This document shows positions 1 to 11,488 of a stretch of 28,192 bases of DNA, one piece after another (positions within the stretch are counted from its first letter, which is position 1; every line of letters starts with the position of its first letter). The notes under the pieces were generated by a model. That model searched no databases, was not told the origin of the DNA, and saw only the letters and a program-made list of their open reading frames with translations. Source of the stretch: Gammaproteobacteria bacterium (GTDB taxonomy: Bacteria > Pseudomonadota > Gammaproteobacteria > GCA-002705445 > GCA-002716945). The position numbers and the translations under genes were made by a program. The stretch spans positions 1 through 28,192 of the forward strand of contig JBJKYD010000007.1 in assembly GCA_045561295.1 (NCBI GenBank). The letters run 5' to 3'.

Positions 1-385
1 GAGTTTTTTCAATTTCTATAATACTAGATTTTATATGATCATAATTCTTAATAGCTATGTTATTGAGATCAAGCGAGATGCTGTTAATACTATAACCATT
101 GATTTTCTTGAGCGCCGAATTAAGATTTTTTTCATAAGTTTGAATTGTTAGCTTGTTTTTTTGACCAAGACCAACAAGGAAATAGTTTTTTTCATACATT
201 TTACTAGAAAATATATTCATTGAACCTGAAGTACCAGTGACTAATTTATTAGATATAGCTAATTTTACATCTTCAAATACCGCATTACTGAGGACTGACT
301 TATTAAGGCTTGATAGTTTATCTTCATAGACAAATAATAAGTTATATTCGGCTTTTGAATTTTTGTTGAATCTTACGTATTTCAT
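1..385 (-). CDS. pepA: Leucyl aminopeptidase (PepA-like) N-terminal part, runs off the left edge
   Basis: Manually translated stop-free frame from ATG at 385 (MKYVRFNKNS...NYFLVGLGQKNKL...) to the edge; LVGLG motif typical of the M17 N-domain; divergent from lptF as in the conserved gammaproteobacterial pepA-lptFG layout. Catalytic domain not visible. Confidence 0.7.
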   Translation of the reverse strand, partial: MKYVRFNKNSKAEYNLLFVYEDKLSSLNKSVLSNAVFEDVKLAISNKLVTGTSGSMNIFSSKMYEKNYFLVGLGQKNKLTIQTYEKNLNSALKKINGYSINSISLDLNNIAIKNYDHIKSSIIEIEKT

Positions 386-461
386 GATATTTCCAAATAA
401 TAAAGTTATACTGACTTAATGGTTAAGACTAACACTTTTATTTGACCTTGTAATTATTACT

Positions 462-1508
462 TTGAATTTAATTAGCCAATATATTTATAAAAACTCTCTA
501 CAGTCAGTGTTATCTGTTTTATTAATTCTTTTTCTCATACTCTTTGCAAATACGGGACTAAGATTAATGGAAGATGTTAATGATGGCGGGATTCCATCTG
601 TATTTTTATTACAGTTACTGGGTTTAAAAATAATACAGTATTTCTCTTTACTTATACCTATCAGTCTGTTTTTTGGGATAATAATTGCTCTTAATAAGCT
701 GTATGTATCAAATGAGATGGTAATCATGAAGGTAAACGGCTATTCAAATAAATTAATATCGGAGATACTTGCAAGAATAATAGTTGTTACAGCTATCATC
801 GTCATGCTCTTCAATTGCTTTATTACACCTCATACAGTTGATATTAGATCTGAAATCGAGCATCGCATCCTTCATGAACAAAAAATATACTCTTTACGTG
901 ATAAAAATTTCACAATCAGTAATGATGGATCAAAGGTAATTTATATTAATAATAAAAATGAACTTACTATGGCTAATGTATTTATTAAATCTAAAACTAA
1001 TGAATCAAACTCGATTAGTCTCTCATCTGGGATATCAACAACAGAATCTAGTGATGACCTAATCACATTAGTTGAAGGTAAATCTTATATATTTAATCCT
1101 GATGGAAGTTTTAGTTCTACACAGTACCTCAATCAGGACATTTTACTATCGAACGAAGTTCCTAAAAATATAAACAATAATGTAGAGTCCAAGTCTATCT
1201 TGCAACTATTTCAACATGATGATATTTTGTCCTTCTCAGAAGTTCTAAAGAGATTCTCAATGATAATAGCAACATTGATACTAGGTTACCTTGCAATACC
1301 TCTTAGTCATATAAATGCTAGAGAAGATAAATATAGAAATATATTTATAGCCGCAGTATTCTACTTTAGCTATATAGTTTTAATTAATATTTCTGTACAG
1401 TCTTTTGATACAAAAGTATATATTTCATTAAGTCTAATTACTCTTCACATTATTTATTTATACATTACATATAAGCTTTTTAGTTATACGAATTATACTA
1501 GACAATAA
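462..1508 (+). CDS. lptF: LPS export ABC transporter permease LptF
   Basis: 3 N-terminal and 3 C-terminal TM segments around a periplasmic domain; 'LYVSNEMVIM' family motif; followed by a paralog; TTG start. Confidence 0.88.
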   Translation: MNLISQYIYKNSLQSVLSVLLILFLILFANTGLRLMEDVNDGGIPSVFLLQLLGLKIIQYFSLLIPISLFFGIIIALNKLYVSNEMVIMKVNGYSNKLISEILARIIVVTAIIVMLFNCFITPHTVDIRSEIEHRILHEQKIYSLRDKNFTISNDGSKVIYINNKNELTMANVFIKSKTNESNSISLSSGISTTESSDDLITLVEGKSYIFNPDGSFSSTQYLNQDILLSNEVPKNINNNVESKSILQLFQHDDILSFSEVLKRFSMIIATLILGYLAIPLSHINAREDKYRNIFIAAVFYFSYIVLINISVQSFDTKVYISLSLITLHIIYLYITYKLFSYTNYTRQ

Positions 1509-1509
1509 G

Positions 1510-2577
1510 ATGAATAAAATATTCATATATATGTTTAAAAAGTACCTATTAGGATTCTCTCTCACTATAAGTATACTTATAAGTATCAATCTACTAATAA
1601 TCTTTTTATCTGAGCTAAAAAATTTAGGAGTAAATGAATATACGCTTTCGTTAATAGCTCAATATACTTTATTTTTAATTCCACAAAACTTCTTAGATAT
1701 TTTCCCATATGCATTGCTAATTGGCAGTATGATTGCATTCGGATCTATGGCGTATCATTCAGAAATCATCGCAATCAATTCTAATGGTATTGGTGTTAGA
1801 AAAACTATTTTCATAATTATGTTTCAAACATTTTTATTAGCATCTGTATTTACATCTATAGGTAATTATGTATCACCTGATTTTTCTATTCATGCACAAG
1901 AGATTAAAAATAAAGCACTAAATAAAAATATTATAAATCAAGAGATATGGTTTAAAGGTAAAGATTATATTATTAATGCTAAAAGAATGATTACTGATAA
2001 GCATTTAGAAAAAATTGAAATAATAAATATTAATAATGGCAGCATTAATTCAATCTTAAACGCAGAGGTAGCTACTTATGATACTGATTGGATTTTGAAT
2101 GGAATAAGAATTATCGATATTAGTAGTAATCAAATAATTAATAAACAAACATATAATATTTCTTCTGACAATTTCATACCATCTCAAATACTTAAAAGTA
2201 AATTCAATAAAAAACGTCATCAATCAATCGAATCCTTATATGAAAATATAATTTACTACAATGAGTCGGGTATATATTATGAAGAACATAAAGCCATGTT
2301 CTGGCAAAAAATATTATTACCTATTTCATGTTGTATAATTGTTTTTATTGGGATACCTTTCTTGTTTACAAAAATTAGATCTACCAACCAGAGTCAAAAA
2401 ATTATTTTTGGTATAGTATTTGGCGTCACTTATTTTGTTATTTCAAGTATCATTATTAACATTAGCTTAATACTAAATATACCTGCATTAATATCTGTTT
2501 TGATTTCAATGGGTACATTTATTATTTTTGGATTTTTCTTATTTGATAAGCTAGTTAAAAGTCACATGTCTATTTAA
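1510..2577 (+). CDS. lptG: LPS export ABC transporter permease LptG
   Basis: 'FPYALLIGS...MAYHSEIIA', 'FWQKILLP' motifs; same topology as LptF; 1 nt after lptF. Confidence 0.9.
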   Translation: MNKIFIYMFKKYLLGFSLTISILISINLLIIFLSELKNLGVNEYTLSLIAQYTLFLIPQNFLDIFPYALLIGSMIAFGSMAYHSEIIAINSNGIGVRKTIFIIMFQTFLLASVFTSIGNYVSPDFSIHAQEIKNKALNKNIINQEIWFKGKDYIINAKRMITDKHLEKIEIININNGSINSILNAEVATYDTDWILNGIRIIDISSNQIINKQTYNISSDNFIPSQILKSKFNKKRHQSIESLYENIIYYNESGIYYEEHKAMFWQKILLPISCCIIVFIGIPFLFTKIRSTNQSQKIIFGIVFGVTYFVISSIIINISLILNIPALISVLISMGTFIIFGFFLFDKLVKSHMSI

Positions 2578-2957
2578 TCAATTCTTTCCAAATAAGTTTT
2601 CGATAACTTATCTTGTAGAGACTCTGACTTAAATATTAACATTAAATGGCCACCCGCTAGTGCAGTTATAATTCTTATAAGGGACTGAAGATATGATATA
2701 TCTAAAGAGCACCTACTATATATTTTTACTTTCCATATTTTCATACCAAGAGTTTGATTATATTTTTTCCAAAACCATGCATAATAAAAAAAAACTATTA
2801 ATATAAGATATAATTGATACAGGTAGCTATTTAAAACTGCATTGCCCTGTGTAAAAAGGATAATTGGTATCGTGAAAAAATATAACACTGCAAAGAGTAG
2901 AATTACATCATAAAAATTTATTAATAATCTTTTAAATAAGCCTACATTATTATTCAT
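2574..2957 (-). CDS. RDD family membrane protein
   Basis: 'FKRLL..FYD', 'QTLGMKIWKVKI', 'LQDKLSKT' RDD motifs; likely start ATG 2957 (ORF track extends to 2978). Confidence 0.85.
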   Translation of the reverse strand: MNNNVGLFKRLLINFYDVILLFAVLYFFTIPIILFTQGNAVLNSYLYQLYLILIVFFYYAWFWKKYNQTLGMKIWKVKIYSRCSLDISYLQSLIRIITALAGGHLMLIFKSESLQDKLSKTYLERID

Positions 2958-4206
2958 AATGTTCACTTGATAGGGCAAATGGGATTATTTTTACATTTTC
3001 ACCTTCTTTTATTCTATCTATGTTTTCTGCAAGCTCAATATAACAATTTGCATCTTTTAAGGATGATAATATATTTGATCCTTGGGCACCTGAACTTTTA
3101 ACGAAAAACTCACCATTATTAATTGTCAAGATACCCCTTTTGTATTCCTTCCTGCCTTTTCTTTTTTTAATCTCGGATTGTAGTTTTGCAGTTAGACTTA
3201 AAGATGAATTATTTTTTTGACCAGTCATCTTTCTTATTGCTGCACTCACAAATAAATTAAAAGTCACTACGACTGATACTGGGTTTCCAGGTAATCCAAA
3301 GAAAAAGCATTTTTTAATTTTACCAAATGCTAATGGTCTTCCTGGTTTGACAGCTATCTTCCAAAAATTTACTTTACCTAACTTTTCCAATGCATCTTTG
3401 ATAAAATCAGCATCCCCAACTGATACTCCCCCTGTTGTAAGTAATAAATCGCATTCATTAGATGCTAGTGCTAATTTTTTTTCTACCGATTTTAGTTTAT
3501 CCTTTACTACCCCAAAGTCCTTTATTTTAATTGGAAACTTTTGAAGTAATCCATGTAATAGATATCTGTTACTATCATATACTTGAGATTTTTTGATTTT
3601 AGCATCAATGCTTACAAGCTCATCACCTGTCGAAAAGAAACCTATTATAGGTTTAGAATAAACTGGTATTTTTGCTTTGCCTAAGGATGCTAAAATTCCC
3701 ATATCTACATCATCAATTTGTCTGCCTTTAAATAAAACAGTCACATTTTTTTTGATGTCCTCACCAGGAAATCTTATATTTTGATCTTTGAATATATTTG
3801 CAGTAATAATTATCTTATCATCTATATTTTTAACGAGCTCTTTCATTACAACCGCATTACAACTTTTAGGAACCATACCGCCAGTCATTACTTTTACTGC
3901 TTCATTTATCTTTACATTTTTATTATATGGACGACCTGCGAAAGATTCTCCAACACATCTAAAAGTATATTTATTATTTGAGTTTGTAATATCCATACAA
4001 ACCGCGTAACCATCCATAGCAGAATTTTTATAATTAGGTATATCTTGATTAGATTTAATGTCTTTTGCCAGAACTCTACCATAAGATTCTTTTAGGGGTA
4101 CTAGCTCAGTATCTTTTTTGCTTACTATGGATTTTAATATTCTTGATAGTGCCTCCTCAACATTCAAGGCATTTGGATCAAATTCATTAAAACAATTATC
4201 TTTCAT
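2950..4206 (-). CDS. moeA: Molybdopterin molybdotransferase MoeA
   Basis: SAMDGYA, FSTGDEL, TTGGVSVGDAD, KPGRP, GLPGNPVS, QGSNILSSL motifs. Confidence 0.96.
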   Translation of the reverse strand: MKDNCFNEFDPNALNVEEALSRILKSIVSKKDTELVPLKESYGRVLAKDIKSNQDIPNYKNSAMDGYAVCMDITNSNNKYTFRCVGESFAGRPYNKNVKINEAVKVMTGGMVPKSCNAVVMKELVKNIDDKIIITANIFKDQNIRFPGEDIKKNVTVLFKGRQIDDVDMGILASLGKAKIPVYSKPIIGFFSTGDELVSIDAKIKKSQVYDSNRYLLHGLLQKFPIKIKDFGVVKDKLKSVEKKLALASNECDLLLTTGGVSVGDADFIKDALEKLGKVNFWKIAVKPGRPLAFGKIKKCFFFGLPGNPVSVVVTFNLFVSAAIRKMTGQKNNSSLSLTAKLQSEIKKRKGRKEYKRGILTINNGEFFVKSSGAQGSNILSSLKDANCYIELAENIDRIKEGENVKIIPFALSSEHYE

Positions 4207-4229
4207 TTTTTTAAATTAAATAAATTATG

Positions 4230-4242
4230 TATACTGAGTATA
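4230..4242. promoter_or_regulatory. Palindromic TATACT-g-AGTATA; candidate back-to-back -10 elements for moeA/xerD
   Basis: Perfect inverted repeat of a -10-like hexamer in the 45-bp divergent intergenic gap. Confidence 0.35.
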
Positions 4243-4251
4243 TCAAATATT

Positions 4252-5160
4252 ATGCCGATATCAGATAATTCAATTGAATATCAACTTATAGATCAATATT
4301 GCAATGATGCATCGTTTAAAAGGGGCCTCTCTAGAAATACAATATTAGCTTATAAATCTGATCTTAAAATATTCCTTACATGGCTTGAGCACAATAAAAA
4401 AAAATTCTCTAATGTAGATAGAATTATCATTAATAACTATCTTGCTGATAGATTAGATAAAGGGACATCAGTAAGTACTATACAAAGAATAATTACTTGT
4501 ATTAAATCATTCTATTTATTCTTATTTGAAAATAAAATTATAGATAATAATCCTGCGCAACTAATAGAAAATCCGAAAAAAAGAAGAAAGCTACCAACTA
4601 TTATTTCAGAAAATGAAGTAGAAAAGCTTCTTGAATCACCTGATATAAAAACAGGCGTTGGACTTAGAGATAAATGCATTCTTGAGCTGTTATATTCTGC
4701 AGGATTAAGAATAAGTGAACTATTAAATGTTAGAGTCAATCAAATCTCTAAGGAAAAACCATTTTTGAAGATAAAGGGTAAAGGAAATAAAGAGAGACTC
4801 GTACCAATAGGTTCATCAGCGATGAGTCTATTGATATTATATATTGATACATATAGAGCTAATTTAAAGCCAACTAATCATATTGATATGTTATTTCTAA
4901 ATGAAAATGGCTCTATTATTTCAAGACAAGCTTGTTGGGAGATGATTCAAAAGTACGCGACAGTTTCTCTTATTAACAAAAAAATATCCCCTCATAATTT
5001 GAGACATGCATTTGCAACACATCTGCTTAATAATGGAGCAGACTTAAGGACTGTACAGATGCTACTTGGCCATGCTAGTCTATCAACAACACAAATTTAC
5101 ACTCATATCGCTAAGGAGAGGTTGGTAAAATTTCATCAAAAATACCATCCTAGAGGATAA
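4252..5160 (+). CDS. xerD: Site-specific tyrosine recombinase XerD
   Basis: GLRISEL, GKGNKERLVP, SPHNLRHAFATHLL, LLGH, TTQIYTH, C-terminal HPRG; adjacent to dsbC as in gammaproteobacteria. Confidence 0.93.
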   Translation: MPISDNSIEYQLIDQYCNDASFKRGLSRNTILAYKSDLKIFLTWLEHNKKKFSNVDRIIINNYLADRLDKGTSVSTIQRIITCIKSFYLFLFENKIIDNNPAQLIENPKKRRKLPTIISENEVEKLLESPDIKTGVGLRDKCILELLYSAGLRISELLNVRVNQISKEKPFLKIKGKGNKERLVPIGSSAMSLLILYIDTYRANLKPTNHIDMLFLNENGSIISRQACWEMIQKYATVSLINKKISPHNLRHAFATHLLNNGADLRTVQMLLGHASLSTTQIYTHIAKERLVKFHQKYHPRG

Positions 5161-5162
5161 CT

Positions 5163-5870
5163 ATGAAAAATATTTTTTTATTTCTTACTCTTGCATTGCT
5201 TGTTTCATGCGCTAAAAGAGATGATGCTGATATTGATATAAGAAAAACAATTTCTAATGCATATCCAGATATTGCGGTAGATGAAATAAAAAAAATTGAT
5301 GAAAACTTCCATGAGATTATCATAAATAATAAAATTTACTATGCTACGAATGATGGCAAATATCTAATCATAGGTAATGTAATTGATTTGAGTACAAAAG
5401 AAAGCATTACTGAAAATACCAAGATGAATCAAAGATTATCAATAATTGACTCGATTGATATGAAAAATCTTATGGTATTTAAGCCTAATAAAACTAATCA
5501 TATTCTTACGATTTTTACGGATACATCATGCCCATATTGTCAAAAACTTCATAATGAAGTACCGAGTTTATTAGAAAATAATATTGAAGTTAGGTATGTT
5601 TTATTTTCACGAAATGGAAATGAAGTAGATGCATACCAGCAGCTTGTAGCAGCATGGTGTTCCGATAATAAGGTCGAGGCTTTAGAGGGTTTATTTGCTG
5701 GTGATATTTTAGAGGAGGGAGCTATGTGCGAGAACCCAATCTCCAAAAACTTTGAGTATGCTGGCTCATTATCTGTTGAAGGGACCCCAACTATCTTTCT
5801 TGAAGATGGAAGAATCATACCAGGCTATCAAAACTATAAAAATATCATAGCTTTTATAAATCAGAAATAA
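5163..5870 (+). CDS. dsbC: Thiol:disulfide isomerase DsbC
   Basis: FTDTSCPYC active site, GTPT cis-Pro loop, N-terminal dimerisation domain (YATNDGKYLIIG), signal peptide. Confidence 0.9.
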   Translation: MKNIFLFLTLALLVSCAKRDDADIDIRKTISNAYPDIAVDEIKKIDENFHEIIINNKIYYATNDGKYLIIGNVIDLSTKESITENTKMNQRLSIIDSIDMKNLMVFKPNKTNHILTIFTDTSCPYCQKLHNEVPSLLENNIEVRYVLFSRNGNEVDAYQQLVAAWCSDNKVEALEGLFAGDILEEGAMCENPISKNFEYAGSLSVEGTPTIFLEDGRIIPGYQNYKNIIAFINQK

Positions 5871-5871
5871 C

Positions 5872-7290
5872 TTACAAAAATTTCTTTTCTATATTGTTTA
5901 AGAAATTATCTATCTTTTTAAATTGATCTTCCATACCAGAAAATCTTGAATCAGTTATCGCTTTATCTAATTCTCTGCGAGCTTTTGCAAGTGTAGTCCA
6001 TGGTAATTTTTCCCCAATGTTCGATATTTTATCTTTTATATAATCTTGATGTTCTTTTCTAGTCTCTTCAGTAAGCAAATCATTTCTATCTGAATACATT
6101 TTTCTTTTATATAGTTCTACTAATCTTTTATCTTCAAGAGAATTTAATTCTTTATCTAAATCATGAGCATTATCTATTTTCGATAATTGTTGAATTATTT
6201 TCCAGTCACTAGGACCTGTGAAGCCCCGATATAACATTTCATCTACATGATCTGATGCAGACATGTAATCTCCGCTGTCAATTTGATAATCTGCAAGCTG
6301 ATCTACAAGATATTGATTAACATTCATAATAAAATTACTTGAAGCTTTTACTAAGTTAGCTCTTTCTTCGAATAATCCTTTATTTTCAAGATATTCCTTT
6401 TTTTGAATATTATTCATATGTTTTTCTTCTAGAAAGATTGGATAATCATTACTTTTAATTTTTTTTAGGATTTTGTTTTTAAATAATCCTCCTATACTTC
6501 TTGTCCTTGAGTTTATTACATCATCTGTAACTTCTTCATTTAAATTATAAAATATAATTTCTTTTGCATTATCAGGGTTACTGGTAACCAAGGATACTGG
6601 TATATAAGTTCCTGTTGCATTTGTTGGAGGAATTATAAGAATATTATTGTTATTAATATATTCATTAACATTTTTATAACTTCTAAACTGAATCATATGT
6701 TCCCATAATTCTGGTTCATTTTTTTTAATAATATTTGCTAAGTCTATTGTGGCATCAACATCACTCATCGCATCATGAGCAAATTCATGTTTTATTTCAT
6801 TATTTTCCGCGAGTTTTTCTAGCTTTAAGCTCCTTTTGCCAGTTTTTTCATCATTTGGAATATTCAGATATGGCTTATCTAGATTACAGACTGCTAGAAT
6901 TATTTTAAACAGGTCTGCTCTAGAATTATTGTTCGTGTTCGTAAGATAGGGAGCATGGAGAGATTGATAAAAACTACATCTAAGAAACTTCTCGTCAAAA
7001 TTAATATTATTATATCCAATAAAAATTGCAGGAGACCATGAGGCTAATTTTGTATGAACTCTATCCATAAATTCATAGAAGGATTGTTCACGACTTAATT
7101 GTTCTAAGTCAGTTTTTGTGATGAGCATTGCAACAGGTGATGGAATAACACCGTCTCTTAATCGACATTTTTCATTGAACTCATCGATAATATTAAAGTT
7201 CTCATCAACTAGTTTTGCTGCAAGCTGAATAGGCTGATCAAAGTACCAACTTAATCCAGAAGTTTCAAAATCATAAAAAACATAATTCAT
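5872..7290 (-). CDS. sbcB: Exodeoxyribonuclease I
   Basis: FYDFETSG (ExoI), GYNNINFDE (ExoII), AHDAMSDV (ExoIII); 472 aa. Confidence 0.9.
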   Translation of the reverse strand: MNYVFYDFETSGLSWYFDQPIQLAAKLVDENFNIIDEFNEKCRLRDGVIPSPVAMLITKTDLEQLSREQSFYEFMDRVHTKLASWSPAIFIGYNNINFDEKFLRCSFYQSLHAPYLTNTNNNSRADLFKIILAVCNLDKPYLNIPNDEKTGKRSLKLEKLAENNEIKHEFAHDAMSDVDATIDLANIIKKNEPELWEHMIQFRSYKNVNEYINNNNILIIPPTNATGTYIPVSLVTSNPDNAKEIIFYNLNEEVTDDVINSRTRSIGGLFKNKILKKIKSNDYPIFLEEKHMNNIQKKEYLENKGLFEERANLVKASSNFIMNVNQYLVDQLADYQIDSGDYMSASDHVDEMLYRGFTGPSDWKIIQQLSKIDNAHDLDKELNSLEDKRLVELYKRKMYSDRNDLLTEETRKEHQDYIKDKISNIGEKLPWTTLAKARRELDKAITDSRFSGMEDQFKKIDNFLNNIEKKFL

Positions 7291-7332
7291 TTATATTGTA
7301 TGTTGGATAGTGTAATCTTATTATACACAACA

Positions 7333-9234
7333 ATGGTAAAAAAGACATACACCGCATCTGATATAGAAATTCTAAAAGGAATAGAGCCGGTTCAAAAAAG
7401 ACCTGGTATGTATACTGACACATCTACACCTAATCATTTACTACAAGAGGTATTAGATAATTGTGTTGACGAATCTATTGCTGGATTCTGTAATAATATT
7501 GATATTACTTTAAACACTGATGGGTCATATACAGTTAAAGATGATGGACGGGGTATGCCAGTAGATATCCATCCAGAATACAAAAAATCTGGAGTTGAGG
7601 TTATTATGACCAATTTACATTCTGGCGCTAAATTTAGTAATAAAAACTACAAATACTCTGGGGGGCTTCACGGGGTAGGTGTATCCGTAGTGAGTGCATT
7701 ATCTGAATCTCTTATTGTTGATATTGAACGCGCTGGTGATCAAAATCTTCATCAGATTTCATTTAAAAATGGAATAATCAGTAAAAAATTGTGTGCTATT
7801 GCTAAAACTACAAAAAATTCTCATGGTACCTGTATAACTTTTAAGCCAAATAAAAAATATTTTGATAGTGAAGACATTCAAATTACTAGATTACATAAGC
7901 TTGTAGAAGCAAAAACTATATTGAAGCCAGGCTTAAAGATAATAATTAATGATTTAAAGTACAAAACTGGTAATAAAGTATATTGTCATACTGGATCCTT
8001 AGATTTATATTTAAAAAATAATCTAAAATCTCAAACTCTACTTCCAATAGACCCAATTTTAATAGAACTTGATGATGATTTATTTGAAGTCTCTTCAACC
8101 GTTTGTTGGATAGAAGATATTGAGGAAATTATTCAAGATAGTTATGTAAACCTAATACCAACTTCTGATGGTGGTACCCATGTAAACTCTTTAAAGTCTG
8201 CAGTTGCTGATTCTTTACGAGATTTCATGATTACTCACAAAATTATGCCAAAGAACTTAAAAATTATCCCAGATGACATATGGAAAAATACATCTTATCT
8301 GATCTCAATTAAAATATCTGACCCTCAGTTTGTTGGTCAAACAAAAAATAAATTACAATCCACATCTATTGGATCGAAACTATCATCTCAATTAAAGGAT
8401 AGATTAGAATTGTGGCTCAATAACCATTCTGATACCGCTGAAGAAATATCAAACCTTGCTATACAGAATGCTTATCAAAGGTTATCTAATAATAAAACTA
8501 AGAAGATAAAGTCTTCAACAAAAAGTATTATAATGCCAAGTCGTTTATCGGACTGTTCTAGTAAAGACAATAATGTGAATGAATTATTTCTCGTAGAAGG
8601 AGACTCTGCTGGAGGTTCTGCAAAACAAGCCAGAGATAGAACCTTTCAAGCTATATTGCCTTTGAGAGGAAAGATACTTAATACATGGGAAGTTAGTTCA
8701 TCAAAGATACTTGAATCAAAAGAAGTTCAGGATATATCGACTGCAATAGGTGTAAAACCTGGTGAAAGTAACCTTTCGTCATTGAGATATGGAAAAATTT
8801 GTATATTGGCTGATGCAGATTCTGATGGTTTGCATATCGCAACATTACTTATTGCTTTGTTTGTTAAGCATTTTCCTGATCTTATCCTAAATGAACATAT
8901 CTACGTTGCTCTCCCACCTCTCTACCGCTTAGATTATAAAAATAAAACCTACTATGCTATTTCTGACGATCATTTAAATAAAATACTTAGTCAATATAAA
9001 ATTAAATCTACAGATAGTAATTTAAGTATAACTAGATTTAAAGGATTAGGTGAAATGAACCCATCTCAGCTTAGAGATACAACTCTGACTCCAGCATCAA
9101 GAAAACTTATCCTATTATCCCTTGATCATAAAAGTAAGGATATAAAGAAATTAAATATGATGCTATCGAAAAAAACAGCTCCCGACAGAAAAGTATGGTT
9201 AGAAAAAAAAGGTAATCTTGCTCAAACAAGCTAA
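7333..9234 (+). CDS. parE: DNA topoisomerase IV subunit B
   Basis: [52 protein letters not shown]; lacks the proteobacterial GyrB insert; probable start ATG 7333 (track 7300). Confidence 0.95.
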   Translation: MVKKTYTASDIEILKGIEPVQKRPGMYTDTSTPNHLLQEVLDNCVDESIAGFCNNIDITLNTDGSYTVKDDGRGMPVDIHPEYKKSGVEVIMTNLHSGAKFSNKNYKYSGGLHGVGVSVVSALSESLIVDIERAGDQNLHQISFKNGIISKKLCAIAKTTKNSHGTCITFKPNKKYFDSEDIQITRLHKLVEAKTILKPGLKIIINDLKYKTGNKVYCHTGSLDLYLKNNLKSQTLLPIDPILIELDDDLFEVSSTVCWIEDIEEIIQDSYVNLIPTSDGGTHVNSLKSAVADSLRDFMITHKIMPKNLKIIPDDIWKNTSYLISIKISDPQFVGQTKNKLQSTSIGSKLSSQLKDRLELWLNNHSDTAEEISNLAIQNAYQRLSNNKTKKIKSSTKSIIMPSRLSDCSSKDNNVNELFLVEGDSAGGSAKQARDRTFQAILPLRGKILNTWEVSSSKILESKEVQDISTAIGVKPGESNLSSLRYGKICILADADSDGLHIATLLIALFVKHFPDLILNEHIYVALPPLYRLDYKNKTYYAISDDHLNKILSQYKIKSTDSNLSITRFKGLGEMNPSQLRDTTLTPASRKLILLSLDHKSKDIKKLNMMLSKKTAPDRKVWLEKKGNLAQTS

Positions 9235-11486
9235 TGACAAAAAATAGAGATATATTTTCATCAAATATAGAAAAAGTATCAATAGGAGACTTTAGTGAAG
9301 ATGCGTATTTAAATTATTCTATGTATGTAATTTTAGACCGTGCGCTTCCTAGTTTATTAGACGGCCTAAAACCTGTTCAGAGGAGAATAATTTATGCTAT
9401 GAGTGAATTAGGGTTAAAACACTCTACCAAACATAAAAAATCCGCTAGAACAGTTGGAGATGTATTAGGAAAATTTCATCCTCACGGAGATACTGCATGT
9501 TATGAAGCAATGGTGATAATGGCACAATCATTTGCTTATAATATGCCGTTAATTGACGGACAAGGTAATTGGGGTACACAAGATGACCCTAAGTCTTTTG
9601 CAGCTATGAGATATACAGAATCAAAGCTCACACAATATTCAGAATTATTACTTCACGATTTGAAAAATGGTACATCAGATTGGATACCCAATTTTGATGG
9701 CACATTGAATGAACCTAAATTTTTACCATCTCAAATTCCTAATATTCTTATAAATGGAAGTTCAGGTATAGCAGTAGGAATGTCTACAGATATTCCACCG
9801 CATAATCTTGGCGAGATTATATTAGCGGTTCAATATATTATTAATAACCCTAAGTGTAGTATCAGGGAACTTATGGAATTCATCCCAGCACCAGACTACC
9901 CAACTGGTGCAGACTTATTGCAAGATGAATCCGATATAGATGCTATCTATAATGAGGGTACGGGTAACATTAAATTGAGAGCTGAATACAGCCATCATGG
10001 GAAGACTATAGAAATAACATCCTTACCTTATCAAGCCTCGACTACAAAAATTATTGAACAAATTCAGTCACAAATCATTGATAAAAAGATTAGTTTTATA
10101 AACTCAATCGAAGATCAATCTGACGAGAAAAATCCTGTAAAAATCATTATAAAAATTAAAGGAAATAGTCATAACTCAAATGATGTAATGAATCATTTAT
10201 ACTTCACGACTGATCTAGAGAGAAGTTATAGAGTAAATCTAAATATGATTTCAATGGATGGTAAACCGAAGGTTATGAATTTGAAAGAAATCTTAACTGA
10301 ATGGGTCTCATTTAGAATCAATACATATAAAAGAAAACTTAATCATGAGAACAACAATATACTTGATAGACTTCACATTCTTGAAGGATTTTTAATTGTA
10401 TATAAGCATCTAGATAAGATTATAGAAATACTGAGGAATGAAGATAATCCAAAACTAAAGATAATGAAAATAGGAAAGTTTTCTGAAAAACAATATGAAT
10501 CTATTATTAATATGCGATTAAGAAATATAGCTAAACTTGAAGAAGATAAAATAAAAGATGAGTATAAAAAGCTTCAAAAACGAAATAAAGAGATAAACTC
10601 TATTCTTAAATCTAAAGCAAAACTCAATAAATTAATCATTCATGAACTTGATGTTCTTAGTGAAGAGTATGCACATGATAGAAGAACAAATATTTTGTCT
10701 AATACAGACTCATCTAAACAAATCATACAAGAAATAAAAATATCAAGTGAGCCTGTATCTCTAATTTTATCCAGTAATGGATGGGTCAAAACTAGCAAAG
10801 GTAGTTCTGTATCACTCGATAACTTAACATTTAAATCAGGTGATTCATATCTTGCTCATTTAGATATAGAAAATAATAAGCAAGTATCTTTTTTAGATCA
10901 AAAAGGATTTATATATTCAATGATGGTCAATGATATTCCTTCTGGAAGAGGTTATGGTGAATCTTTAAAAAAATATTTCAATATTGATGACGGAGTACAT
11001 ATCACTGGAATGTTGGATACCTCTAATGATTTACACACCCTGTTTACCTCTGAGTCAGGTTATGGGTTCTTATGTAAGAATGAGGAGCTTTTATCTTCAA
11101 ACCGAAACGGTAAATCAATTGTAAAAAATAAACAATCAAATATTATTAAGCCACTTGAAGTTGATGCTAAAAATTTAGATTATTATTTACTTGTGACTAA
11201 CAACCAATACCTTATCTTATCTAAGCTTGATGATATTCCAATCTTGACAAAAGGTAAGGGTGTGAAGTTAATTAACATCCCTAAATCCGAAGATAGCGAA
11301 AAGGTTATATTTTCTGGGGTAATTAGAGCAGGGCAAAGACTCGAAATATCTGCAGAAAATAAAAGAAGTAAATATATTGAATTTAAGGAACTTCAACCAT
11401 ATATTATGACTAGAACAAGGCGTGGAAAGAAAATTGAGCAAAAATTTATCCACAAGAATATGAAATTAAATTATAATATAGGATAA
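9234..11486 (+). CDS. parC: DNA topoisomerase IV subunit A
   Basis: [43 protein letters not shown]; 750 aa; TAATG overlap with parE. Confidence 0.95.
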   Translation: MTKNRDIFSSNIEKVSIGDFSEDAYLNYSMYVILDRALPSLLDGLKPVQRRIIYAMSELGLKHSTKHKKSARTVGDVLGKFHPHGDTACYEAMVIMAQSFAYNMPLIDGQGNWGTQDDPKSFAAMRYTESKLTQYSELLLHDLKNGTSDWIPNFDGTLNEPKFLPSQIPNILINGSSGIAVGMSTDIPPHNLGEIILAVQYIINNPKCSIRELMEFIPAPDYPTGADLLQDESDIDAIYNEGTGNIKLRAEYSHHGKTIEITSLPYQASTTKIIEQIQSQIIDKKISFINSIEDQSDEKNPVKIIIKIKGNSHNSNDVMNHLYFTTDLERSYRVNLNMISMDGKPKVMNLKEILTEWVSFRINTYKRKLNHENNNILDRLHILEGFLIVYKHLDKIIEILRNEDNPKLKIMKIGKFSEKQYESIINMRLRNIAKLEEDKIKDEYKKLQKRNKEINSILKSKAKLNKLIIHELDVLSEEYAHDRRTNILSNTDSSKQIIQEIKISSEPVSLILSSNGWVKTSKGSSVSLDNLTFKSGDSYLAHLDIENNKQVSFLDQKGFIYSMMVNDIPSGRGYGESLKKYFNIDDGVHITGMLDTSNDLHTLFTSESGYGFLCKNEELLSSNRNGKSIVKNKQSNIIKPLEVDAKNLDYYLLVTNNQYLILSKLDDIPILTKGKGVKLINIPKSEDSEKVIFSGVIRAGQRLEISAENKRSKYIEFKELQPYIMTRTRRGKKIEQKFIHKNMKLNYNIG

Positions 11487-11488
11487 CC

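Noticed and set aside
4252-5160. Tyrosine recombinase as the island's integrase
   Set aside because: Typical chromosomal XerD in xerD-dsbC synteny; no arm-binding domain.
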